Source: Dehalococcoidia bacterium (lineage in GTDB: Bacteria > Chloroflexota > Dehalococcoidia > Lucifugimonadales > UBA3495). Taken from it: 37,703 nucleotides of DNA. Within the stretch, counting starts at the first letter, position 1; each line of letters begins with the position of its first letter. This document shows, piece by piece, positions 18,964 to 27,863 of this stretch. The position numbers were made by a program, and so were the translations under genes. The DNA is taken from positions 1 through 37,703 of the forward strand of contig JASLXV010000089.1 in the NCBI GenBank assembly GCA_030740155.1, given 5' to 3'. The notes below the pieces were generated by a model. The model worked only from the letters and a program-made list of their open reading frames with translations. It was not told the origin of the DNA and did no database searches.

Positions 18964-21012
18964 GTGCCTAGAGGAAACCTGAGTATGCTGAAACTAGCGG
19001 TCCTGGCGCTGTTCACCGGGCTCTTGTTGGGGATAACGCCTAGAGTGGCGATGGCCGCGGGCGGTCTCAGTCAATCGGGCCAACAGGGTTTGTTCGGCAC
19101 GGTGTCCAGGGTGTCGGCAGACCATCCCAGGGCCGTCGCCGGAGAGACGGACATCACGCTGGACAGCGCCTCGGGTCCGGTGGAACTTACCGCCACCTCC
19201 GGCACAATTGTCCGCATACCAGGCTGGGAGTCGGCCACGGTGGATTCCATCAATATCGGCGACCCGGTAGCGGTGCTGGCCTCCGGCGGCCAGGCCCTGA
19301 GCATACTGGTCCGGACCCCTTTGCCGGTACGAACGGGCCATTTTTCAGGGGTGGTGACCTCGCTGGGCGACGATGGCACCATAGGTATCCAGGACCAGGA
19401 AGGCGACCAGTTGTCGGCCCCGGCCCTGGGTGACACTCCGGGCCTCCGTGTGGGAGAGTTGGTAACCGCCGTCGTGGAGCAGGACTTTAGCACCGGTGGC
19501 CTGCTGATTACCGGATTGGATCGGGCCGTCGACAGCCTCGAGCGGATCGAATCTGCTTTGACTCAGGCCCGCCAGGCCAACGCCACCGCCGTCTTGGCCT
19601 CGTTGCGCCGGCGGCTCGCTGAGAACAGCGTCCGCCACCTGACCACCCTGGAAAAGGCGTCCCAGCAGCTGTCGCCTTCCCTCAGAGGCCGGACCCGGGA
19701 GGAGCTGGAATCGGTGATGGGGACCTACGCCTCCGCGTTTTCCCGATCCAACGCCGGCACGCCCAAGGCCGAGGCGACGGGCATCATAACCGCCATCGAC
19801 GCAGCAAGCCGCCGGGTGACCGTCAGCCCCCGGGGCCTGGAGCCGGTGGAGGTAGACATCACCGGCGGCACCAGCATCGAGATTCCGGGGCGCCAGGGCC
19901 GGTTTGGCCAACTGGACCTGGCCAGCCGGGTAACGGTCCGGTATGACGTCGAGACCGGGTCGGCCAGCCGGGTCCTGGTCCTGCTGGGCGAAACCTTGCG
20001 GGCCGGACCCGCCGGCGCCCTTCTCGCCATAGTCCAGCGAGGAGAGATAACCGGAACCATCACCGGGTTTGACGCGGCGGCCGGTTCCGCCGTTGTCACC
20101 ATTCGAAACCAGGCAAACGGCAACACGAAAGAGCTGACGGTTTCCGGCGACAGCGTAATCATGGACGGCGGGAATCCCGTGGAGGTCTCGACCCTCGTGG
20201 GCGCCGTCGTGGCGGTCAGCTTCGACCCGGGGTCATCCTCCGTCATCGAGTTGGATACCCATGACCTCCAGCCGTCCGAGGCAACTGTATCCGGTGTGGT
20301 CCGGAGCTTTATCCCCAAGACCATGCCCGGCAACGTCTCGGTCCTCTCTCCCAACGGCGCGGTGCGGGCCTTCAACCGCACCGAGGAGACGATAATCCGG
20401 CGCGACGGCCGCCGGGTGAGCATCAACCAGGTCCGCCTGGGTGACCTGGTCCGGTCCAATACCCGCTACCGGGTGGGACCTGAGGGGAGTGGGGGCGCGG
20501 CGGGAGACTTGGTGCTGCTGAGCTTGAGGTCGGTCCGGAGCGCGCCGGTGCACGGCACCATCCGGGGAGTTGCTCTGGCGCCGAGCGGGGCGACCCGCGT
20601 GACGTTGACCAACAACTGGCTGGAACTGGTCAGCCTGCTGGTCACCGACGGCACGCAGATCGTCAGCCAAGGCAAGCCCGTGGCGGCCGGCGACCTGGCG
20701 GCGGGCCAGAGGGTCCTTTCCGGCGCCTACGACCCGATCTCAACCGAGGCGGTGCGGCTGGTGCTTGGGCCCCCCAAGGCGCTACGGATATCGGGGGAGA
20801 TCACCGATGTCGACGAAAACCGGTTCACCATCACCATCACCCCTCGCCGGGGTGACCCGGTGCGGCTGCTCGTTACGGAGCCCATCCTCACCCGGATCAG
20901 TCTCCGGGGGAACGCCAACTCCCAATTCAGCGACTTGCAGGCCGGCCAGCGGGTCCGCGCCGGTTTTTACGATGCCGGCTCCCTGGAAGCCCTGAGGCTG
21001 ATAATAAGCTAG
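18964..21012 (+). CDS. Secreted protein with multiple DUF5666-like (OB-like) repeats
   Basis: Signal peptide; about 7 repeats of G.(I/V)..........T.I......L..G..V with one helical segment (~190-260). Start may be the ATG at 18985. Confidence 0.6.
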   Translation: MPRGNLSMLKLAVLALFTGLLLGITPRVAMAAGGLSQSGQQGLFGTVSRVSADHPRAVAGETDITLDSASGPVELTATSGTIVRIPGWESATVDSINIGDPVAVLASGGQALSILVRTPLPVRTGHFSGVVTSLGDDGTIGIQDQEGDQLSAPALGDTPGLRVGELVTAVVEQDFSTGGLLITGLDRAVDSLERIESALTQARQANATAVLASLRRRLAENSVRHLTTLEKASQQLSPSLRGRTREELESVMGTYASAFSRSNAGTPKAEATGIITAIDAASRRVTVSPRGLEPVEVDITGGTSIEIPGRQGRFGQLDLASRVTVRYDVETGSASRVLVLLGETLRAGPAGALLAIVQRGEITGTITGFDAAAGSAVVTIRNQANGNTKELTVSGDSVIMDGGNPVEVSTLVGAVVAVSFDPGSSSVIELDTHDLQPSEATVSGVVRSFIPKTMPGNVSVLSPNGAVRAFNRTEETIIRRDGRRVSINQVRLGDLVRSNTRYRVGPEGSGGAAGDLVLLSLRSVRSAPVHGTIRGVALAPSGATRVTLTNNWLELVSLLVTDGTQIVSQGKPVAAGDLAAGQRVLSGAYDPISTEAVRLVLGPPKALRISGEITDVDENRFTITITPRRGDPVRLLVTEPILTRISLRGNANSQFSDLQAGQRVRAGFYDAGSLEALRLIIS

Positions 21013-22304
21013 CGGGCCTTGAGTTTTGGAAGCGGGTTCGGGCTCCGGGTGGGCTGATCCGGCCAGACCCGAACCTTGCCAAAGACGCCGTCGTATCCGG
21101 GGTCGACCCGGACGTCGCCTATTCGGGCCTTCATCACCGCCTCGGCCAGGCGTTCTCCGGCCACCTGTTTCAAGTCTGTGGAGGTCACGCTGATCAGCAC
21201 CTGAAGCTCGTTGCCCAACTCCTGGGAGATCCGCCGGTATTCGGCCTCCACCCGTTTGGTGGCTGGACCCTGACCGAGGGTTTCGGCGATGATCTCGCGG
21301 AGGGGCACCAACCGGATGAAGGGAGGGCGGGTCCCGTCATGGCGGACGAACCCGCCGGAAACGCCGGTACGATCTGAAACGTGAGAAGTTTCCCGGCTGC
21401 CGGTCGCCATCCTCTGAGCGCGGTTCAACACCCCGAGAGTGAGCAGGCGGCGGCACACCGGGCACCGGCCACCCTGCCGGCGGGTGTCCTCCGGAGACTG
21501 GCGCACCCCGCACTTGCGGTGACCGTCGTAGTGGTACTTTCCTTCTTGAGGGTAGAACTCCGCGGTATAGGCCACGCGCTAGTGGGCCACGGCCTCGGCT
21601 AGGCCATGGTAGGAGAGTTCGCCCTCGAACACCGTCAACTCCCGACCCAGTTTCTGAGGCGAATGGGCATCGGAAAACGAGACGATGGTCTTCCGATCCA
21701 ACTCCCGGATCGGCCAGAACATGGCCGGGTCGCTCGACAGGCCCGTCTCCAGAGCGTGGATTTGGGGAGTCAGGTCCCGGAAGCACTCCTCCAGGCTGTC
21801 GAACCCCGACTTGGAGCCGAACACGCCGAACCAGGGGGTCCACACGTGGGCCGGGATGACCATGCACTCGGGGTTGATCTCCAGGGCCAGGGTGGTAAAG
21901 TCGCGAGCCGATAGGCTCAGGATCGGACGGCCATTCGATTCCAGATTATTCTTCTCCAGACTATTCTTTCCCGCCGCCAGGGCCAGGTTGAGCCGGTCCA
22001 CGGTGTCGAAATCGGGAGCGAACAGCAGCAGGTGCACCCTCCGAGACCTGCCTCCCTGCCGGTAATTGCAGCAGACCTCGGTGCCCAGCACGAAGTGGAC
22101 GCCGTTGAACCGGAAGAGGCCCGAGTCGCCCGGTTTCAGCTTCCGGCGAAGTTCGCCGAGCCACGCCGGATGGGTGAAATCGCCGCAGGCCAGCAGATCG
22201 ATGCCCTTGAGCTTGGCCCAGGCGGCCAGGTTATCCAGGATCAGGTTCTTGCTGCAGGCGTAGGCGTATGGGGAGTGAAGGTGAAGGTCGGCGGCGTAGC
22301 CCAT
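21009..22304 (-). pseudogene. Endonuclease Q (EndoQ)/PHP-family nuclease interrupted by one in-frame TAG (21579-21581)
   Basis: ADLHLHS, GDFTHP, GTEV, PAHVWTPWFG, ETGLSSDP, SDAHS...GRE, then ...AVAH*RVAYTAEFYPQEGKYHYDGHRKC...CPVC...GYDGVFG in the same frame. Confidence 0.75.
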
Positions 22305-22370
22305 GCGGCCAGTCTAGCATAGCGCCGGTGCCGAAAATGGGACGCTTTCAGCGCCGGCGCATCGAATCAC

Positions 22371-22399
22371 TTGACCGCCGGGACAGGCCCAATTATCCT
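22371..22399 (+). promoter_or_regulatory. Putative sigma70-type promoter for groES-groEL
   Basis: TTGACC-N17-TATCCT upstream of groES. Confidence 0.45.
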
Positions 22400-22512
22400 G
22401 TATATCTGCGAAATGCGCCGGCGCTCGATCAGCCGGACTGCCAGTGGCCCGCCTGTTGGACCGTCGATTCGGAAGGGACAGGGAGGGCGAGACCAACAGC
22501 GAGGAGTCAACG

Positions 22513-22824
22513 ATGACCATCAGGATTGCATCGGTATCCCAGCTAATGCCCATGGCCGACCGGCTAGTCGTTCGGCCCGCAAAGCAGGAAGACGTCACCA
22601 AGAGCGGCATCTTCTTGCCGGATTCGGCTCAAGAACGGCCCCAAGAAGGTGAAGTGGTGGCGGTGGGTCCCGGCCGGTATTCGAGGAAAGGAAAACGGGT
22701 GGCGGTGGGTATCAAGGTGGGCGACAAGGTGATCTATTCCAAATATGCCGGTACCGAAATCGAAGTTGAAGACGAAGAACTCCTGGTCATTGGAGCCAAC
22801 GACGTGCTGGCAAAGATTTCCTAG
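22513..22824 (+). CDS. groES: Co-chaperonin GroES
   Basis: [58 protein letters not shown] at 22501. Confidence 0.96.
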   Translation: MTIRIASVSQLMPMADRLVVRPAKQEDVTKSGIFLPDSAQERPQEGEVVAVGPGRYSRKGKRVAVGIKVGDKVIYSKYAGTEIEVEDEELLVIGANDVLAKIS

Positions 22825-22862
22825 GTTATACACTCTCGTCAATTGTAGGAGGATTGGATAAA

Positions 22863-24473
22863 ATGCCAGCAAAGCAGATAGCGCGAGACGAAGAGGCCCG
22901 GAAAGCCTTGATGCATGGCATCGATACGGTGGCGAACGCGGTTAGGCTGACCCTGGGCCCCAAAGGATTGAACGTAATCCTGGAGAAGAAGTTCGGGGCC
23001 CCCGTGGTGACCAATGACGGAGTATCCATCGCCAAGGAAGTGGACTTGTCCGACCCCTTCGAAAACATGGGCGCCCAACTGATAAAAGAGGCGTCTACCA
23101 AGACGAGCGACTCCGCCGGAGACGGCACCACGACAGCCGCCGTCCTGACCCAGGTCATCGTCCGGGAGGGAATGAAGAACGTGGCCGCCGGGGCCGACCC
23201 GATGGCCATCAAGCGGGGGATCGACAAAGGAGTGAAGGTGCTGGTGGCGGAGCTGCTGAAGAATGCCATCACCGTAGAGGGGCGGGACCAGAAAGCCCAG
23301 ATAGCTTCCATCTCGGCCAACGACCGCGACATTGGGAACCTCCTGGGCGATGCCATAGACCGCATCGGCGGAGATGGCGTGATCACCATCGAAGAAGGCA
23401 AGGGCATTGAGTCGGATACCGAGTACGTCGATGGAATGAGTTTCGACCGAGGCTACATCAGCCCGTACTTCGTCACCAACCCCGAGCGCATGCTGGCGGA
23501 CATTGAGGACCCCTATATTCTGATTATGGACAAGAAAATCTCTGCCGCCGCCGATCTGGTGCCGCTGCTGGAGAAGACTCTGCAAGTTTCGAAAAACCTG
23601 GTGATCATCAGCGAAGACGTGGACGGAGAGGCGCTGGCCGTCCTGGTGGTGAACAAGCTCCGCGGAACAATGAACTCCACGGCGGTCAAAGCCCCGGGTT
23701 TCGGGGACAGGCGCAAGGCCATGCTGGAAGATATCGCCGTCCTCACCGGCGGGCAGATCATTTCTGAAGAGCAGGGCCGCAAGCTCGATTCAGCCACAGT
23801 TGCCGACCTGGGCCGGGCCCGAAAAGTCGAATGCTCCAAAGACAAGACCACAATCATCGAGGGCAAGGGCTCGCCGGACATGATCAAGGCGAGGCAAGAG
23901 CAGATCAAGGTCCAGATTGAGGAATCGACCTCGGACTACGACAAGGAGAAGCTCCAGGAGCGCCTCGCCAAGTTGTCCGGAGGCGTGGCTATCATCAAGG
24001 TCGGGGCGGCCACCGAACCCGAACTCAAGGAGCGTAAGCGGCGGGTGGAAAACGCCCTGGCCGCAACCCAGGCCGCGGTTGAGGAAGGCGTGGTCCCCGG
24101 CGGCGGGGTGGCCTTCGTTCGCGCGCTGCCGGTGCTGGACAGCCTCAAACTGCCGGGCGATGAGGCCATTTCCACCGACATTCTCAAGCAGGCCCTGGTG
24201 GAGCCGGTTCGTATCATCGCCAGCAATGCCGGGCAAGAGGGAGCCGTGGTGCTGGACCAGATACGCCAGAGCCGGCTCCCCAATTTCGGATACGACGCCC
24301 AGGACGATAACTACGGTGACATGGTGGCCAAGGGAATAATCGATCCGGCCAAGGTGATCCGGATCGCCCTGCAAAACGCGGCCAGCGTCGCCGGCATGGT
24401 CCTGACTACCGAGTCACTGATTACCGAGGAAAAGACCAAGGAGCCGGACGCGGGGCACGGCCACATGCATTAG
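22863..24473 (+). CDS. groEL: Chaperonin GroEL with His-rich C-terminus
   Basis: [55 protein letters not shown]; ends GHGHMH. Confidence 0.97.
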   Translation: MPAKQIARDEEARKALMHGIDTVANAVRLTLGPKGLNVILEKKFGAPVVTNDGVSIAKEVDLSDPFENMGAQLIKEASTKTSDSAGDGTTTAAVLTQVIVREGMKNVAAGADPMAIKRGIDKGVKVLVAELLKNAITVEGRDQKAQIASISANDRDIGNLLGDAIDRIGGDGVITIEEGKGIESDTEYVDGMSFDRGYISPYFVTNPERMLADIEDPYILIMDKKISAAADLVPLLEKTLQVSKNLVIISEDVDGEALAVLVVNKLRGTMNSTAVKAPGFGDRRKAMLEDIAVLTGGQIISEEQGRKLDSATVADLGRARKVECSKDKTTIIEGKGSPDMIKARQEQIKVQIEESTSDYDKEKLQERLAKLSGGVAIIKVGAATEPELKERKRRVENALAATQAAVEEGVVPGGGVAFVRALPVLDSLKLPGDEAISTDILKQALVEPVRIIASNAGQEGAVVLDQIRQSRLPNFGYDAQDDNYGDMVAKGIIDPAKVIRIALQNAASVAGMVLTTESLITEEKTKEPDAGHGHMH

Positions 24474-24700
24474 GCGGCCTCGGGCGGGCGGGTTGGCACG
24501 CTCCCCACCCGCATTTCCACCTGCCTCGGCGCTCTAATGACGAGTGAATCACGTCAGCGCAAGCCGTGGTCTGCGGGGCCGGGCCCATTGTCACGGTGCG
24601 GACTGTCTTCCAAGAGTCTTCGTGGGCGGTTGGGGGAAACGGCGTGCGCTAAGGATTATGTCAACAGAACCTATTTGCTTCCGGAGCAAAGGAGGTAACT

Positions 24701-25345
24701 ATGACGGATCTCGCGATGCTTGACAGGGCTCACCACGGTATCATGAGGCGCTTCGTTGAGACGGGCCTTGCGCCTCACTACACGGAACTGGCGGCAAGCC
24801 TGGGCCTCCCGGTTGAAGAAGGACGCCAAGTGCTCCGCGACCTGATAGCCACCGGGATCCCCGCGTGGCTGCACCCGGGGACCGACTACATCGTATCCGT
24901 GGCGCCGTTCAACAACATGCCAACCCAGTACCGTATCACCGTGGACGGCCAGCAGAAATGGTTCGCCCAATGAGGGTTCGAGGCGCTGGCGGTCCGCTGG
25001 CTGTTCCCCGGAAAGACGGTCCGAATCGATGCCCCGTGCCTGGATTGCGGTGATCCCATCACCATCGAGATGCAGGATGAGCAGGTGCTTTCCGCCAGCC
25101 CGGAAGGGATAGTGGGATACACCAACGGCGAGGTGGGGGGATCACCGGATACCCGCCCCACTCGTTGAGCCGGCATGAACCTCTTCCGGTCGGAAGAGCA
25201 TGCCCGTAGCTGGTCCGGGTTCGACCCCGCCTTCGAAGAGACCCTTCAACCGCTGGCCTATTGGGTGGAGCGGTTCAGCGCGGAGAGGCACCGCGCTCGG
25301 GGCGCCACAAATTATATGTCGCGCCGCGCCGCTGGGGAGTTATAG
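24701..25345 (+). CDS. MerB (organomercurial lyase)-like protein, predicted selenoprotein with two Sec (U91, U156), 214 aa
   Basis: RBS AAAGGAGG; N-terminal wHTH; APFNNMPTQYRITVDGQQKWFAQ-U-GFEALAV...RIDAPCLDCGDPITIE...PEGIVG...PTR-U-AGMNLFRSEEHARSW...GEL-TAG. TGA at 24971-73 and 25166-68 are in frame and fall at the MerB catalytic Cys positions. Confidence 0.88.
24985..25001 (+). promoter_or_regulatory. Putative bacterial SECIS hairpin for the first UGA
   Basis: GCTGGCG-GTC-CGCTGGC stem-loop (two G-U pairs) with GGTC at +18..+21 after TGA 24971-73. Confidence 0.6.
25172..25204 (+). promoter_or_regulatory. Putative bacterial SECIS hairpin for the second UGA
   Basis: GGCATG-[AAC bulge]-CTCTTCC-GGTC-GGAAGAG-CATGCC; perfect stems, loop GGTC at +20..+23 after TGA 25166-68. 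Confidence 0.78.
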
Positions 25346-25357
25346 GCAGGAGGCATC

Positions 25358-26842
25358 ATGGCCATAAGGGGCGAGAATCGCTTCGACGTCATCGTAGTGG
25401 GGGCGGGGAACGCCGCAATGTGCGCGGCCTTGGCGGCCCGGGAAGAGGGGGCGCGGGTCCTGGTGCTTGAAAAGGCGCCTTACGAGGAGCGGGGCGGAAA
25501 CAGCGCCTTCAGCGGCGGGTTGTTCGAGTTCGCACACCAGGGATTGGAGGACGTGATGCCCCTGGTGCCGGAACTCACCCCGGTCGAGGCGGAACGCCTG
25601 GACATGGGACCCTACACCGCCGACACCTACTACGAAAACCTGATGCGGATTTCAGAAGAGCGCGCCGACCCTGAACTGTGCCGGGTGCTGGCGGACCAGT
25701 CCTACGACACCCTTCGGTGGATGCAAAGTCTGGGAGTGCACTTCGAGCTGTACCAGCGGGCGCCGCGCCGGAGCGGCCGCACCATCTTCCTGCCCGGCAA
25801 CGAGCTTCAGACCTGGGGAGCGGGTCTCGGGTTAATGCAACAGCTCTTCCACATTGCCGAGGGACGGGGTGTCGACATCGCCTACGGTACCGCGGTCACC
25901 GGGCTGGTTACTGATGACCGGGACGGAGTCTGTGGAGTGCGGGTCCGTTCCGAGGACGGCGTTCAGGCGCTGGAGGCCGGGGGCGTGGTGCTGGGGAGCG
26001 GCGGCTTCGAGGCCAACCCGGAGATGCGCGCCCGCTACCTGGGAAAAGGGTGGGACTTCATGAAGGTGCGGGGCACCCGGCATAACACCGGCGAACTCCT
26101 GGACCGGGCCCGAGAGATTGGCGCAGGCAGCAGCGGCGCCTGGTCCGCCTCGGACTGCGGGTCGGTGGACATAGCCTCAGCGCCCTTTGGCGAGGTAAAG
26201 GCGGGCAACCTGAGTGCCCGCTCCTCTGAGAGGCTCGGCATCATGGTCAACGCCGAGGGGCGGCGTTTCGTGGACGAAGGGGCCGAGTTCCACCACACCG
26301 GGGGTGTAGCCCTGGGGAACGCCGTCTGGTCTCAGCCCGGGGGCCTAGCCTATCAACTCTTCGACCAGCAGACCGTTCAAATGCTGGACAAGGAGCGGTA
26401 CCACTCCGGGAGCCCTTCCGTGACCGCCGGCACCATGGAGGAGCTTGCTCGCAGCCTGGGGGTAGACTCCGATGCCCTGTCGGATACCGTCACCCGGTAC
26501 AACCAGGCGGTGCAGGAGGGGACCTTCGACACCACCATCAAGGACGGCAAGGGCACCCGTGGTCTGAAGCCACCCAAGTCAAACTGGGCACTGCGGCTGG
26601 AGCGCCCGCCCTTCGTGGCCTACCGCGTCTCCACCAGCATCGTCTTCACCCACGGAGGTATTGCGGTGGACGGGGAGGCCCGGGTCTTGGACTCCGCCCG
26701 ACAGGCTATCCCTGGCCTTTACGCCACGGGGGAAGCCATCGGCGGAATCTTCTACCGGGCTTTCTCCACCGGGGCCGGCCTCATGTTGGGTTCCGTCTTC
26801 GGACGCATAGCGGGCAGGAACGCCGCCAAGCTGGCCCGGTAA
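25358..26842 (+). CDS. FAD-dependent oxidoreductase, TcuA (tricarballylate dehydrogenase)/FAD_binding_2 family
   Basis: DVIVVGAGNAAMCAALAARE.GA.VLVLEKAP, RGGNSAF, GGFEANPEMR.RYLG, VRGTRHNTG, G.RFVDEG, PPKSNWA, FTHGG, PGLYATGE, GSVFGRIAG; RBS AGGAGG. Confidence 0.88.
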   Translation: MAIRGENRFDVIVVGAGNAAMCAALAAREEGARVLVLEKAPYEERGGNSAFSGGLFEFAHQGLEDVMPLVPELTPVEAERLDMGPYTADTYYENLMRISEERADPELCRVLADQSYDTLRWMQSLGVHFELYQRAPRRSGRTIFLPGNELQTWGAGLGLMQQLFHIAEGRGVDIAYGTAVTGLVTDDRDGVCGVRVRSEDGVQALEAGGVVLGSGGFEANPEMRARYLGKGWDFMKVRGTRHNTGELLDRAREIGAGSSGAWSASDCGSVDIASAPFGEVKAGNLSARSSERLGIMVNAEGRRFVDEGAEFHHTGGVALGNAVWSQPGGLAYQLFDQQTVQMLDKERYHSGSPSVTAGTMEELARSLGVDSDALSDTVTRYNQAVQEGTFDTTIKDGKGTRGLKPPKSNWALRLERPPFVAYRVSTSIVFTHGGIAVDGEARVLDSARQAIPGLYATGEAIGGIFYRAFSTGAGLMLGSVFGRIAGRNAAKLAR

Positions 26843-26850
26843 ATTCCCGG

Positions 26851-27609
26851 TCAGGCGTAGTGCAGCAGGATGTTGGCCAGTTCCCTGGGCCGGTAGAACG
26901 TCACCTGGTGGCAGGAGTCCACCGAAACGATCTCCGCGCCGGGGAGTCTTTGGGCCATCCGCTCCTGCATTTCCGGCGGCACCACCTTGTCCTGGGCGAG
27001 CACCACGTAGGTCACGGGACAGGGTGGAGAGCCGTCCCCCAAGTCAAATTTCGTCTTCATGACCCTAACCGGTAGCGGCCCGAAGAACCCCAACAAGTGG
27101 ATCACTTCCATCGGGTCCATCCCGTTACACATGTACCGGCTGATGACGAAGCGGGGAAACCTGAAGCTCTGCCGGGAGAGCTTGCTCAAAACCGAAATCA
27201 GCCGGAAACCGGCGCGGGCGCGCCGGGGCAATGCGGTCAGCATGCTCCGTTGGCTGGTGGGTAATACGGCGCCCACAAGAACCAGGCGTTTGGGCGGCTT
27301 CGGCAGCGCGGCAGCCGCCTGAAGGAGCAAGCCTCCGGCGAAGCCGTGTCCGACCAGGACCACGTCTTTCAGTTCTTCCCGCTCCACCGCCCGAACTATC
27401 GCGTGGACGCACTCTTCCAGTCTGACCTCGCCGGTGTCACCGTCGGCGTCCGCGCCGTGGCCAGGTAGGTCCAGGGGGTACACTCGGTCGACCGGGCGGG
27501 GCGCGTAGAGCCGTGGCGGGTGTTCCACCGGCGCGGTCAGGTATCCCCAGACCCGGCCCCAACTCCAGGCTCCTTGCCCCGCGCCGTGCACCAAAAGGTA
27601 GTCCGTCAT
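26851..27609 (-). CDS. Alpha/beta-hydrolase fold protein with non-canonical nucleophile elbow
   Basis: LLVHGAGQGAWSW, DLPGHG, VLVGHGFAG (Gly where Ser is expected), QDKVVP, SCHQ. Confidence 0.8.
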   Translation of the reverse strand: MTDYLLVHGAGQGAWSWGRVWGYLTAPVEHPPRLYAPRPVDRVYPLDLPGHGADADGDTGEVRLEECVHAIVRAVEREELKDVVLVGHGFAGGLLLQAAAALPKPPKRLVLVGAVLPTSQRSMLTALPRRARAGFRLISVLSKLSRQSFRFPRFVISRYMCNGMDPMEVIHLLGFFGPLPVRVMKTKFDLGDGSPPCPVTYVVLAQDKVVPPEMQERMAQRLPGAEIVSVDSCHQVTFYRPRELANILLHYA

Positions 27610-27743
27610 TCGTTAATCCTTATTACGATTGAACGCCAGATTTTTCGAAGGTCTTCACCCTGAAACCGGGGCCCGCCACAGGCCTAGCTATTCCAGTCGA
27701 AAACTGAAACCAATACTTCCTTTCGGCAAACGGGGTTACAAAA

Positions 27744-27807
27744 ACCGTTCGTGGTGAGCTTGTCGAACCACTGGCCACGCGCCCGCCGCCAACCTCACGG
27801 TGAGCGG
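27744..27807. repeat. Degenerate palindromic intergenic element, copy 2
   Basis: ACCGTTCGTGGTGAGCTTGTCGAACCAC (27/28 identical to 1307-1334), followed by a decayed inverted half (...CTCACGGTGAGCGG). Confidence 0.7.
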
Positions 27808-27863
27808 ACGATTCTGGCGGCAATTTTCTATTTCAGGTACCGGGATGTGCCACCGCTCTGTCG

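Noticed and set aside
21579..21581. Pyrrolysine readthrough of the EndoQ TAG
   Set aside because: No pyl genes in the window, the position is not an obvious catalytic site, and TAG is used as a normal stop by many genes here.
22305..22512. CIRCE operator before groES
   Set aside because: No match to TTAGCACTC-N9-GAGTGCTAA; only a short ACAGG-N9-CCTGT inverted repeat, too weak to call.
24701..25345. Reading the MerB-like gene as a pseudogene with two nonsense mutations, or as genetic code 4/25
   Set aside because: Both stops are TGA at catalytic-Cys-equivalent positions and each is followed by a SECIS-like hairpin. Many other genes in the window end normally at TGA, so TGA is not globally reassigned.
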